Below, piece by piece: positions 28,201 through 37,600 of a stretch of DNA of 64,000 nucleotides (position 1 is its first letter; each line of letters starts with the position of its first letter). Source of the DNA: Raja brachyura (lineage: Eukaryota); the NCBI GenBank assembly GCA_963514005.1, contig OY740808.1:29078001-29142000 (forward strand). The letters are read 5' to 3'. Position numbers and translations under genes: made by a program. A model generated the notes under the pieces. That model was not told where the DNA came from. It did not search any database and saw only the letters and a list, made by a program, of their open reading frames with translations.

Positions 28201-31200
28201 TTTATTCATAGTGGGTCAGCTTCCCTCCCCCCAAAACCAACTTCTTGCATCAAACTATAGACATAAAAGCCAACTAGACTACAACCACATTATTATTTAA
28301 AACATTAAAAATAGTAACCATCACCTTGTGCCCCTCAGACACTCCACTTTATTGGAGTTGTTCCAGGTCCAAACTGGTGCAGGGCCAGCATGTGGACTTG
28401 AATAGATGGAGCATCTTAGTTAGCATGGACATGTCGGGCCGAAGGGTTCATTGTGTGCTACATAACCGTATGACTATGTGCAGGTACTGGTGGAATTCAT
28501 TGACCAACAGCGGATCCTATGGAATCCAAAATCAAACGCAGGCTGGAAAACGCCCCCAAAGACCAGTTACCACATTTGCAACCTCCAGATTTTTGTGGAA
28601 ATTCAGACGGGTACATTGGAGAAAGTTGTTTGGAACATTTTTCTGCTAGATGCAGCTATTTCGGTTGTTAATACAATGCAATACTGACTACCATAGTTTA
28701 GCAGTCCATGATACTGATGACAATTGACCACAACCCTTGCATTTACTCAGTTCTACCATTATTGGCAATACTTACATACAGCACAATGGCCAGAGGCAGC
28801 AGATTGTGGCAAAAGCCACAGACAGCCCCTTGGAGGTAATCAATAAAGCCACTCCCAATTTTGCAGTCTTCGGTAGTTTTTACAAATGAACACCACTGGG
28901 ACCCATTCATATGCACAACATTGCGACACTAGGAAAGAACCAAAATATAGTTAGCAGATTCAACATTTACCTCCTGCACCCATGCAGAACTCATGGACTT
29001 CATTAACATCACCACCAATTTCCATCCTGCACTCAAATTCACTTGGACCATCTCAGACACGTCCCTCCCCTTTCTTGATCATCGTTACTTTTTGCTTTTT
29101 GTGTCTACCTTCATGATGAAACCCCATTCTTTCTAGTGTTTGGCACTTTCAAAATGTCAAATTACTTGACTGTAGACCACATTGATAAAGGCGACAGAAG
29201 GAATTGCAGATGCTGGAATCTTAAGCAAAAGACAAAATACCATGGTAATGCAGATGTTTAAGAAAGAACTGCAGATGCTGGAAAAATCGAAGGTAGACAA
29301 AAATGCTGGAGAAACTCAGTGGGTGAGGCAGCATCTATGGAGCGAAGGAATAGGTGACATTTCAGGTCGAGACCCTTCTTCAGACTGATAATGGTAGTTT
29401 AGATAGTAATGCAGATGATCAGGCAGGATCTGTGGAGGGAATATTCAGACAACCCTTCATCATTTTGAAGGATCCCAAACATCTGTCTATTCCCTCACAG
29501 ATGCTGCCCAACCCACCGGGTTAATCTAGCACTTTGTGTTTGATTTAAATGTAGCCATCGTTCTTGAAAACATTACTTGTCAGTGGCAGGTAGAAGCTAG
29601 GGATTTTTGTATACATTCAAATTACAGCGAGTCACATTTGTGTAATGGTTGTACAGTTGTGTACAGTTTGAGAAGTTAGACATTTTTACTCAAACTGCAA
29701 TTTGAGACAATGCAACCAAACTACATTTATAATGCTAGATCAGATCCTATCGTTAGGCTCAATTTTAAAAACCATTTCAGCGAGTCAAGATTTAGGTTTT
29801 GATTAGGAGACACAAGTTCCTTAATTAGCTCCCCCTCTCCCAGGGCAATTTATTCTCTCAAATTAACATTTGACAGATCTTCACATGGAAGTCAAGCCTG
29901 CCCAAAATCCTAGTGAGAATTTCAAATTGAAATACTTTCAAAAAAAGCACCTGGGCGCAATGCCAAATGGCAGAACATTGATTGATACAGGTGCAGTACA
30001 AGTAACTTGCACTTTCAGATAAAAATCTGAAGATCAAACCATATTCTAAAGAGAAGGGTCAGTGTGAGAGATCCTCCAATAATCTCCATCTCCCAGTTGC
30101 CAAACACTAACTGCCCTTCCCATACTGACCCCGTCCTGGGCCTCCTCCACTGTCAGTGAAGCCACACATAAATTGGAGGAACTGTACCTCATATTTTGCC
30201 TGGGCAGCTTGCAACCCAGAAACATCACCCATTCCTTTTTGCCAAAGATGCTGCCTGACCCGCTGAGTTACTCCAGCATTTTGTGTCCATCTTTGATGTA
30301 AACTAGCATCTGCAGTTCCTTTCTACGTGATAACAGTGGTCAGTTTGTGGGATTTTGCTGTGTGAAGGTTGGCTGGCATATGACCAGATCACACATCATT
30401 GCCAAGTCATTTTCAGACAATGCCCAGATGTATGAAAGAAGCTACACAAATGAATTGTCTCTATTGTTGGATATCAAATGGCACATCCATACCAGGACGC
30501 CCATGAAAAGGGTACCAAGCAATTTTTTTTTTTTTTTTTTTAAATAAAAAAGCCATATCAGAAATTTGGGTTTACTCAAAGATATTCAAGTATTGAATGT
30601 AACAATCACCTTATTTCCAATTTTGGAATGGCATTCAATTTGGTTTATGGCATTTCCCAATCATTAACATGGCCTGCTGCAGATGTAGTGTACAAATCAG
30701 GCTACTTGAAACGAGAAAACCAACAGATCCATTCTTTCATTAGATTTACCATGAAGCAGTCTGGCAAGGATAAAAACCAAGACAACAAGCAACTGGAAGA
30801 AAGCACGCTTTAAATATCTTCCCCATGACATAGGGCCATCATCAAGTGCCATCTCAGAGCATTTCCATTCCCCAGTGTATTTCTTTGTAAGATTCTCTCA
30901 TGCCAAACAACTCCATCCCGATTCTTCTGTTACATAGACCTCTGGTCTAAATAATTTACAGCAGCCAATTTATCTACTGAACAGCAAGTGTTTTAGACAG
31001 AGAAGGAAATGGGAGCACTCAGTATATCCACAGGGAGGACATGCAAGCCCCACACAGACAGCAGCAGAGGGGAGAATGAAATGCAGGTCGCTGGCACAGT
31101 GAGTCAGCTGCACTACCTGCTGGACAACTGTGCCACTCATACAAGTCAACACCTTGTGGTTTCAGAGTTCAGCCAGCCAAGAGGAACACCATAAAGACTG

Positions 31201-32275
31201 CGACGGGAAAGTCAAATATTAAAATGCCGCTAGCTGGACGGGGAGAGAGTTGCTGCTCGACTGAAAAACATGGTTGCAAATAGTGTTTGCATACCGATTT
31301 AAACAATCATATCAATAGGACAAACCATCATCTATTATTCAATTCATTTTAGAGTGACATTTGGAATATTTATGGTGCTCAAGATCTAAATAACAATCTT
31401 ACAATAACATAAGGTGGGCATACTGTTCGCTAGTCAGTGCTGGTATTAGATAACATGGCCCAATACCCAACGACTGTTAGCTGTTGCTCGAGTTATTAAC
31501 CGCGAGGACTAACAAAACTATCTTTTAACCGTGGCATGAAAACAAAATAATTCACCCCAACCCCCATACTAGATCCACAACAGCAACATGCCACAAACCG
31601 AAGGTCAGCTCCCGTAAATATCAGGTAGGGCACTCCACTAACAATTTGCAAATAGCGCTCTAATTAACGATTCGCCCCCACAAAGATGGTTTAGAATGTC
31701 TCCAGTAATAACACATCCGCCCGCCACCCTGAAGACGGGCAGCCTTACGACCTTTGAGCGATCGCACTCATACAGGAAGAACATTGCCGACCACAGTTAC
31801 CACTGTGATACTGGCGATAAAGGCAGGTCCTTGAATGAGCGGAACGTTTAAAAAGTGCCACACAATTAATTGCAAGACATCAACGAAAGTCATTCCCAGC
31901 TTCGGTCAAGCCGGAGATCAGAACGGAGATATAAATAGCTGGACATGGCAAAGCGTTCCTTCAGCTGTTGACATTAATCAATTGCAGAAACATTGAAATA
32001 GATCCGGGGGGGGGGGGGGGGGCAGTTTTTGCTATAGTTCTGTAAAATCATTTGGAGTCAACGCATGCAGAACATACCTCCATTGGCCGACTGGTGCCTT
32101 CAAACAGACTTTGCGAACTTGCATTAAAGGTGTTTTCAGAAGAATACGGCTCAATTATTCCAGCCACGTTGACAAGTGGATGCGATTCCGCCGCTCCCGT
32201 GGGCTCTAGTGAATTGCACTCGGCAGTCCCAAGCCAGAGCAGGCAGCAGATCACAGCAACGTCTCTTGCCTTCAT
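10062..32275 (-). CDS. SLC8B1: Na(Li)/Ca exchanger NCLX, complete multi-exon CDS (15 coding exons, 597 aa)
   Basis: Exons join in frame to 1794 nt; alpha-1 repeat GVTFLALGNGAPDLFS and alpha-2 repeat GLTLLAWGNSIGDLFSD; lies between TPCN1 and PLBD2 as in other vertebrates. Confidence 0.96.
11790..11854 (-). CDS. SLC8B1: SLC8B1 coding exon 14
   Basis: (N)MLFGIGLSALIQMPYNDNILE; preceded by U12 branch site TTCCTTAAT and tag. Confidence 0.92.
11855..11937 (-). other. U12-type GT-AG intron, 83 nt
   Basis: 5'SS GTATCCTTTT; branch TTCCTTAAT at 11873-11865, about 11 nt from the AG; no polypyrimidine tract. Confidence 0.9.
11938..12018 (-). CDS. SLC8B1: SLC8B1 coding exon 13
   Basis: (D)LFSDITVARQGYPRMAIAACFGGIIF, followed by U12-type donor GTATCCTTTT. 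Confidence 0.95.
13143..13430 (-). mobile_element. HE1/V-SINE-like element
   Basis: Reverse-orientation copy of the same family. Confidence 0.8.
13637..13790 (-). CDS. SLC8B1: SLC8B1 coding exon 12 (alpha-2 repeat start)
   Basis: VFAFIGFFFSIILINSVAIEIVNLLRSFGIIFNLSNTVLGLTLLAWGNSIG, 154 nt. Confidence 0.95.
14095..14545 (+). mobile_element. Penelope-like element 3' fragment (GIY-YIG endonuclease end plus pLTR)
   Basis: RRLGVRFAQHLRSVRNNQPDLPVADHFNSPSH and KLEEQHLIFRLGSLHPGGMNTDFSNF, followed by a hammerhead-like motif. Confidence 0.85.
15499..15620 (-). CDS. SLC8B1: SLC8B1 coding exon 11
   Basis: GLLLIRGQYPVWAVVLVITLVLAAVIFFFTKNEEPPKFHC, 122 nt. Confidence 0.92.
15787..15944. mobile_element. 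PIF/Harbinger-type MITE
   Basis: About 29-bp TIR AGGGCCYGTCCCACTTGGGCG; TTA TSD on both sides. Confidence 0.85.
17336..17632 (+). mobile_element. HE1/V-SINE-like element
   Basis: Same family as 18886-19186. Confidence 0.8.
18259..18400 (-). CDS. SLC8B1: SLC8B1 coding exon 10
   Basis: LPIEFLLLLCIPVVDFDQDNQNWKRPLNCLQIVTGSLVCILVFKSGY, 142 nt. Confidence 0.95.
18886..19186 (+). mobile_element. tRNA-derived HE1/V-SINE-like element
   Basis: A-box (gtggcacaacagtag) and B-box (gggttcgatcc), central V-like domain, CR1-like tail with ctaaa repeats. Confidence 0.85.
19195..19331 (-). CDS. SLC8B1: SLC8B1 coding exon 9
   Basis: SEYQSLIETEESRSTKSILLDSLNPIDFQKWRRKHLPWKIFKCLK, 137 nt. Confidence 0.92.
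19716..19772 (-). CDS. SLC8B1: SLC8B1 coding exon 8 (regulatory loop)
   Basis: tttttcag|(I)NGNDDEIPTCIRRTTLED|gtaag, 57 nt, phase 1/1; poorly conserved sequence but correct position and size. Confidence 0.75.
20260..20600 (-). mobile_element. Penelope-like element 3' end / pLTR
   Basis: Same family as 14095-14545 in reverse orientation. Confidence 0.75.
20707..20817 (-). CDS. SLC8B1: SLC8B1 coding exon 7
   Basis: YLALYAVYVLVVIVSSVIYQKGKNQPRASLYNNHSE, tag|...|gtaagt, 111 nt. Confidence 0.92.
20956..21123 (-). CDS. SLC8B1: SLC8B1 coding exon 6
   Basis: AGIFVTTVVAGGVGLARPFTVASRPFLRDVTFYMAAVFWAFLVLYFGSINLAQAL, 168 nt, phase 1/1. Confidence 0.95.
21731..23790. mobile_element. Cluster of four HE1/V-SINE-like copies (-,+,+,-)
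   Basis: Copies at about 21731-21990 (-), 22074-22352 (+), 22808-23107 (+) and 23495-23790 (-). Confidence 0.8.
23867..23972 (-). CDS. SLC8B1: SLC8B1 coding exon 5 (alpha-1 repeat)
   Basis: GVTFLALGNGAPDLFSAIAAFSDTRTASLAIGALF(G); preceded by branch site TCCTTGAC and a non-canonical ...CAT acceptor; donor gtaagt. Confidence 0.92.
23973..25060 (-). other. U12-type (minor spliceosome) intron with probable GT-AT termini
   Basis: 5'SS GTATCCTTTT; branch TCCTTGAC at 23993-23986; ends ...tatattcat|GGTGTC. Confidence 0.85.
25061..25118 (-). CDS. SLC8B1: SLC8B1 coding exon 4
   Basis: FCPNLAAIATSLKLSHNVA, followed by U12-type donor GTATCCTTTT. Confidence 0.93.
26459..26511 (-). CDS. SLC8B1: SLC8B1 coding exon 3
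   Basis: AVWLFYLFMFLGITAEK(F), cag|...|gtaag, 53 nt. Confidence 0.93.
27372..27779 (-). mobile_element. 5'-truncated L1-type retroposed insertion (AT-rich 3' UTR)
   Basis: 18-bp TSD GATGAACTGCTAAATCTT (27354-27371 and 27780-27797), AATAAA plus A-tail on the minus strand, TCTT/AA endonuclease-type site. Confidence 0.8.
28776..28928 (-). CDS. SLC8B1: SLC8B1 coding exon 2
   Basis: CRNVVHMNGSQWCSFVKTTEDCKIGSGFIDYLQGAVCGFCHNLLPLAIVLY, AG/GT flanks, 153 nt. Confidence 0.93.
28965..29080 (+). mobile_element. Penelope-like reverse transcriptase fragment
   Basis: Translates to SCTHAELMDFINITTNFHPALKFTWTISDTSLPFLD, a PLE RT-like segment. Confidence 0.75.
32078..32275 (-). CDS. SLC8B1: SLC8B1 coding exon 1 (signal-peptide-like N-terminus)
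   Basis: ATG at 32275, MKARDVAVICCLLWLGTAECNS...RPME, donor GAG|gtatgt; acceptor ttctttgtgcag 14 nt upstream of the ATG. Confidence 0.85.
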
Positions 32276-32635
32276 GTCTACGGTTCAGTCTGCACAAAGA
32301 ACACGAGTCAATGCACTTTTAATTTGCAATTACCACTGTGCGGTCATTACATGAATGGGAAGTCGCTGGGGAAGAGCGAATTTCATTAACGTTAATGAAC
32401 GCAGAAGGCGTTTCCATCGCTGGTTTAGAAACAGCCGACAGTCGATTCGCGCAAATAAAGAGAGACCATAAAAGCAGGTTCGAACCCTCATTAGTCACAC
32501 CAGGAAGTAATTATTACAATAAATAAATACCAAGCTTAGTTTCACACCGACAATTATTTAGAGATAAATCATTGCACTTCTATCCTTTGCCTATTGCTTC
32601 TCCATTTGTAAACCCTCTTGAAAGGAAAAACTTAC

Positions 32636-32785
32636 GGATGTAACACCTCCCCCGTTCCACTAGACACTAACCAGCCAACACAACAGCAGCTCCGCATGTC
32701 CTTATCATCTCATCTCCCCAATTAAATCAGTTCAGCTCCAATTAACCCACGAGACCAGGGGACACCACCGGGACAATTTAGTGCA
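32636..32785 (-). other. Probable non-coding first exon of SLC8B1 (5' end is a guess)
   Basis: Perfect donor CC|GTAAGT at 32635-32630 upstream of the acceptor at 32291-32290; the TSS cannot be read from sequence. Confidence 0.5.
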
Positions 32786-32962
32786 GCACAAAGGTCCTAT
32801 AGCGGAGCTATATATAGGATCTTTGGTGCAACCGAACCCGCGCCCTGAGATATCCAGCACTGACCAGAGGAGCAAGATGCGCCACTCAGTGGAAATCCAA
32901 TGGGCTGGTGTGTAGTACGTAACGGAACGTCACGGCCGTCATTTTGGCGGACTGCCTCCCCA

Positions 32963-33738
32963 TGTGTAATCCGCTCCAAAGCTACAGAGCAGTTGCAAGC
33001 GAAGATTATAGAGGAGCAAGATGCATTAGAAAGCTATTAGATTTATTTGTAATAGATCTTTACTTACTTCTCGATCCCTCTCTATCCCTCTCGATCTTTC
33101 TCTCCCTCTCCCTCTTTCGATCTCCCTCCTATGTTCTCTCGATCTCCCTCCCTCCCCTCTCCCCCTCCTTCCCTCTCTCTCTCTCTCCCCCACTCCCTTT
33201 TCCCCCTGTTCCCCCATTTCCCTCGCATTTTTCCTCCCCAGCCCCTCTTTTGCGTAGTTTACCTTGCATTGCATTGTGCAGCTTCCCTTGTATTGCTTTA
33301 ACACACTGTGCACAAAATTACAGGCACACACATTCATATAAATATATGGTGGGACAGATAGAAGCAAATCTTTGGATAGAAGAGCTTATTAAAATCTTCC
33401 TACAAAGACCATTATGTAATGTATTTCTATCCTCTTTTGGGCCGAAGGCATAGCAGGGCTGCCAACTCTCAAACAGAGGGGAGAGAGGGAGGGAGAGAGG
33501 GAAATCGAGAAGAGAGGGGAGAGAGATAGATCGAGAGGGGAGAGAAAGAGATCGAGAGGGGAGAGAGAGCGATAGAGAGAAGAGAGGGTGATCGAAAGAG
33601 GGAGATAGCGAGAAGAGAGGGGATAGAGGGGGATCGAGAGGTAAGTAAAGATCTATTACAAATAAATCTAATAACTTTCTAATGCTCCTCTATAATCTTT
33701 GCTTGCAACTGCTCTGTAGCTTTGGGGCGGATTACACA
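32963..33738. repeat. Inverted duplication (about 130 bp arms plus complementary CT-rich and GA-rich tracts)
   Basis: About 32963-33092 is the reverse complement of about 33615-33738, with few differences. Confidence 0.9.
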
Positions 33739-34173
33739 GCGGCAGATCGAGAGACAAAGGTCATAGAGAAGCCCAGTTTCCCAGTAGACGCCATAGTCGA
33801 CGCCATCTCTGGTCCGCTAATATGGCGTCGCCAATCAGACACGCGATACTACACTTTTTTCACTGAGTGGCGCATCTTGCTCCTCTATAATCTTTGTCTG
33901 TCTGTTCACCGTCAACTTCCAATCATTGGGATTTGACACCAAGGCAATCACGTTGTTACTTGGTACCTGCTGCATTTCGCGTTGTCAAAAAAAAAGCAAA
34001 AAAACCCGTCGGACAAACCTTGATAGAAATATTTATATATATTTGATGGGTGTGGGTGGATTGTATAAATTATATTTATACATTATATATATATACAATG
34101 TGTGTAGATGCAAAGATAGCATTGGCAGCACGAACAGGCAGATGGTTACATGATGGTGTAGCAGATGCCGGGG

Positions 34174-34390
34174 CCACGTGACGGGGGGGAGCCGGGGACG
34201 GCACATGACGAGGGTGTCTGGGGCACGTGATGGGGGAAGCTGGTACCATAACCACGTGATGGGGCGATGGGCCAGTGGGATCACGTGATGGGTCGGTGGG
34301 ATCACGTGATGAGGCGGCGGGTCGGTGGAATCACGTGATGCGTTTCCGACGCGGCCCTGTATCACGTGACGGGTGTTTGGGTCACGTGAC
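34174..34390. promoter_or_regulatory. Tandem CLEAR/E-box array (TFEB/TFE3/MITF/USF type) in the PLBD2 proximal promoter / CpG island
   Basis: CACGTG at 34175, 34224, 34253, 34282, 34303, 34332, 34363 and 34383 (the last is a perfect GTCACGTGAC), plus CACATGAC at 34202. Confidence 0.85.
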
Positions 34391-34403
34391 GGGGTGGCGA
34401 AAC

Positions 34404-34633
34404 ATGGCGGCGACGGCTGACGGGTCCGAGCGACCCCGATGCCCGGCGCGGCCCAGACCTGCCGCTCTGCTGCTCCTCCTCACGGCGCTGCTCCAGCCTC
34501 TGCTGGCGACCTCCGACATCCACTTCATCTCGGCGGTGCTGGAGAAACACGGCGGCAGGCTGAGGGTGGTGCCGGGGCTGCGGAAGGACGGAGTGGCGTG
34601 GGGCAGCTTCCGGGACGACATCAAAACCACGGG
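34404..34633 (+). CDS. PLBD2: PLBD2 exon 1 (signal peptide)
   Basis: aacATGg Kozak; [35 protein letters not shown]...[15 protein letters not shown]; donor GG|gtaggg; within a CpG island. Confidence 0.92.
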
Positions 34634-37600
34634 GTAGGGGCGGTGGGGAGAGGGTTGGGGAGGGGGACGGGGGTGGGAGAGGGCGGGGAATGACCCCTCC
34701 CAGGGGTTGGGGGCTGGAGGGGAGAGTCAGGAGGGTTTGGTGATACTGGAAGGTGGGGAGGGGAAGAGTGCGTTGGAGAGGTGCAGATAGGAAGAGTGAG
34801 GCAGAGCGGCGAAAGAGGAAGAATGGGGCAGAGGGGTGAAAGGAGGGGAAGAATGAGGTGAGGGGGTGTGAGGTGGAGGGGAAGAATGGGGCAGAGGGGT
34901 GAGGCAAGCAACGGTGAGGCGCATGGGGAGGCAGAGGTGGAAGGAAGAGCAAGGTGGATGGGGTTGAGCAGGACTGGAGGGGATTGGTGAACTGGAAGAG
35001 ATGGGTGTGGGTGGATTGTATAAAGTGGGGTGGGGGAAAACTGGAGTTATGGCTTTTGTGTAACCTGTGTATTAATACTGTCTGCTATTATTATCAATAA
35101 AGTACCAATATGGCAATTTCCCAAAAATTAAATACGTAATTTCCAGAATAATTGAGGTTTGTTGTAGAATCACTAGGCCTCTTGACATGTCACATTGAAT
35201 GAGGAGGAGCACATATGAAAACTGACAATTTCTGTTATTGAATTTGAGATTTCAAAAGATTTAAAAGAAAAATGTATTGTTTAAAGTACAGGGTGAATTT
35301 ATTGCAGCGATTAGAGATTATTATTGTTACCACGATATGGTAGACTGGAGCACAAGAGTTCTTGAGTTACAGCCTGAAACATTGACTATCCATTTCCCTG
35401 TCTGAAATCGTTTTTTTGGCAACAGATTCCAACATTTGCAATTTCTTGTGCCTCCACACATACATTCACCTCCTCTCTCCCCCCAAAAAAAACATTTGTA
35501 CATGGTTTTACCTTTACAAGAACTGGCAGGTTCTTGCTGATCTTTCAATGTTATCAGTCTGTTGGCAGTGTTTGAAAATAATGTGAAGTAATTCAGTCTG
35601 CCTCGGGAAATAAGAGTTAGATTCTGGACAGATGGGTCTAGGCGATCCAATGATTATTATTCATATTAACCTCCATTGCACACTTAGTTTAACTCTAATA
35701 GTAATTCAGGGTAACATAAATTACTTTATTTGTTGGAGAATACCAAGGCTTGCCATATTATTTCAATTGATTTTATTTATATTCTGCAATTTTAACCAAT
35801 GATTAATTTACAATTTTTGTTCTCTGTAGCTGGTCCTACCTTGAACTGACTACGAATGGAACGTACAATGATAGTATTCAGGCTTATGCTGCAGGAATAG
35901 TGGAGGCTGAGATCACACGCCCCGTAAGCTTTCCTTGTTACTCTGAGATTCTAGTTCACTCTACAACAAAAAGACACTTAATAATAATAATAATAATAAT
36001 ATATTGTATTGTCATTACACATCAGTGAAACGAGATTTGGTTTGCAACTTCGAGATTTCAGTTAGCAACCCTCGAGAACAAGGTTTGTAAAAACGAACAT
36101 TTGACCAGTAACATCAACACAGACTAAAGTGCGAGGCTGGGGGAGACAGTCCATGGGGGTGAGGTGGGTGGTACTCAGCAGGGCTGGTTCAAAGCCGCTA
36201 TAGCTCTGGGAATGAAGCTGTTCCTGAGTCTGGTAGTGCGGGCGTAGAAGGCCTTGTAACGTCTACCGGGAGTAGTTCGAACAGTCCATTACAAGGGTGA
36301 GAGGAGTCTTTATGTATGTTGATGGCCTTCCTGAGGCACCGCGTGTGGTAGATGCCCTCCAAGGCTGGTAGCTGTGTCCCAATAATCTGTTGCGCTGTGT
36401 GGACAACACGCTGAAGAGCTCTCCTCTCCGCCTCCGTGCAGCTGAGATACCACACAGAGATGCCATACGTTAGTATGCTCTCTGTGGTGCAGCGGTAGAA
36501 GGTCGTCAGCAGCTGTTGGGGCAGACCAGTCCGTTTCAATGTTCTCAGGAAGAACAGTTGTTGCTGTGCCTTTTTGACCAGCGCAGCGGTGTTGGTGGAC
36601 CATGTGAGGTCCTCTGAGATGTGAGTGCCCAGAAACTTGAAGCTGGAAACTCTCTCCACACTGTCTCCGTAGATGGAGATTGGGGCATATTCCCCATTCT
36701 GTGACCTCCTGAAGTCGATAATCAGCTCCTTGGTCTTGGAGGTGTTTAGCGACAAGTTGTTTCATGAGCACCAGTCCGCTAGGTTCTGCACCTCCGCTCT
36801 ATAGTTTGTTTCATCACCGTTGGTGATCAGCCCAATCACCGTTGTGTCGTCTGCAAATTTGACAATGGTGTTGTTGTCAAATGCAGGGACACAGTCGTGG
36901 GTGAAGAGGGAGTAGACCATGGGGCTCAGTACACAGCCCTGTGGTGTGCCGGTGCTCAGGTTGTTAGTGGAGGACAGGTGCAGCCCCAGTCTCACTGCCT
37001 GCGGTGGCTCCGTCAGAAAATTCAGGATCAAATCGCATATCAGTGAGCTGAGACCTAGCTGGTGGAGTTTGGTGGTGAGCTTGGTGGGGATGACCGTATT
37101 GAAGGCAGAGCTATAGTCAATGAAGAGCATCCTCACGTAGGTGCCCTGTCTTTCCAGGTGTGTCAGGACAGTGTGAAGAGCCACAGAGATGGCTTCCTCT
37201 GTGGATCTATTTGCCCTGTATGAAAATTGATGAGAGTCCAATGATGCAGGGATGCTGGATTTGATGTGGGAGAGGACCAGCCTTTCAAAGCACTTCATTG
37301 GTATTGGAGTTAGGGCAACCGGGCGGTAGTCATTCAGGTTGGTGACTTTAGACTTTTTCGGCACCGGCACTATAGTAGCTGTCTTCAGGCACTTGGGGAC
37401 CGTTGCCAGAGATAGACAGGTTGAAGATCCTCGTAAATACCTCCGCCAGCTGTACAGCACAGTCCTTTAGTACCCTACCCTGGACTCCATCCGGGCCTGC
37501 AGCCTTGCGTGGATTGATCCTTTCAGAGTGCCCTGTACTTCCTGGGTGCTCAGTGTTAAGGCCTGTCCCTCCGCTCTAGCCAGGGTTGATATAGAGGTAC

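Noticed and set aside
34174-34390. Regularly spaced short repeats resembling a CRISPR array
   Set aside because: Eukaryotic context, a repeat core of only 7-10 bp, G-rich related spacers and no cas genes; better explained as an E-box array.
34275-34403. Upstream extension of the PLBD2 ORF in the ORF track
   Set aside because: It starts at a GTG and runs through the E-box array; the Kozak ATG at 34404 followed by a signal peptide is the more plausible start.
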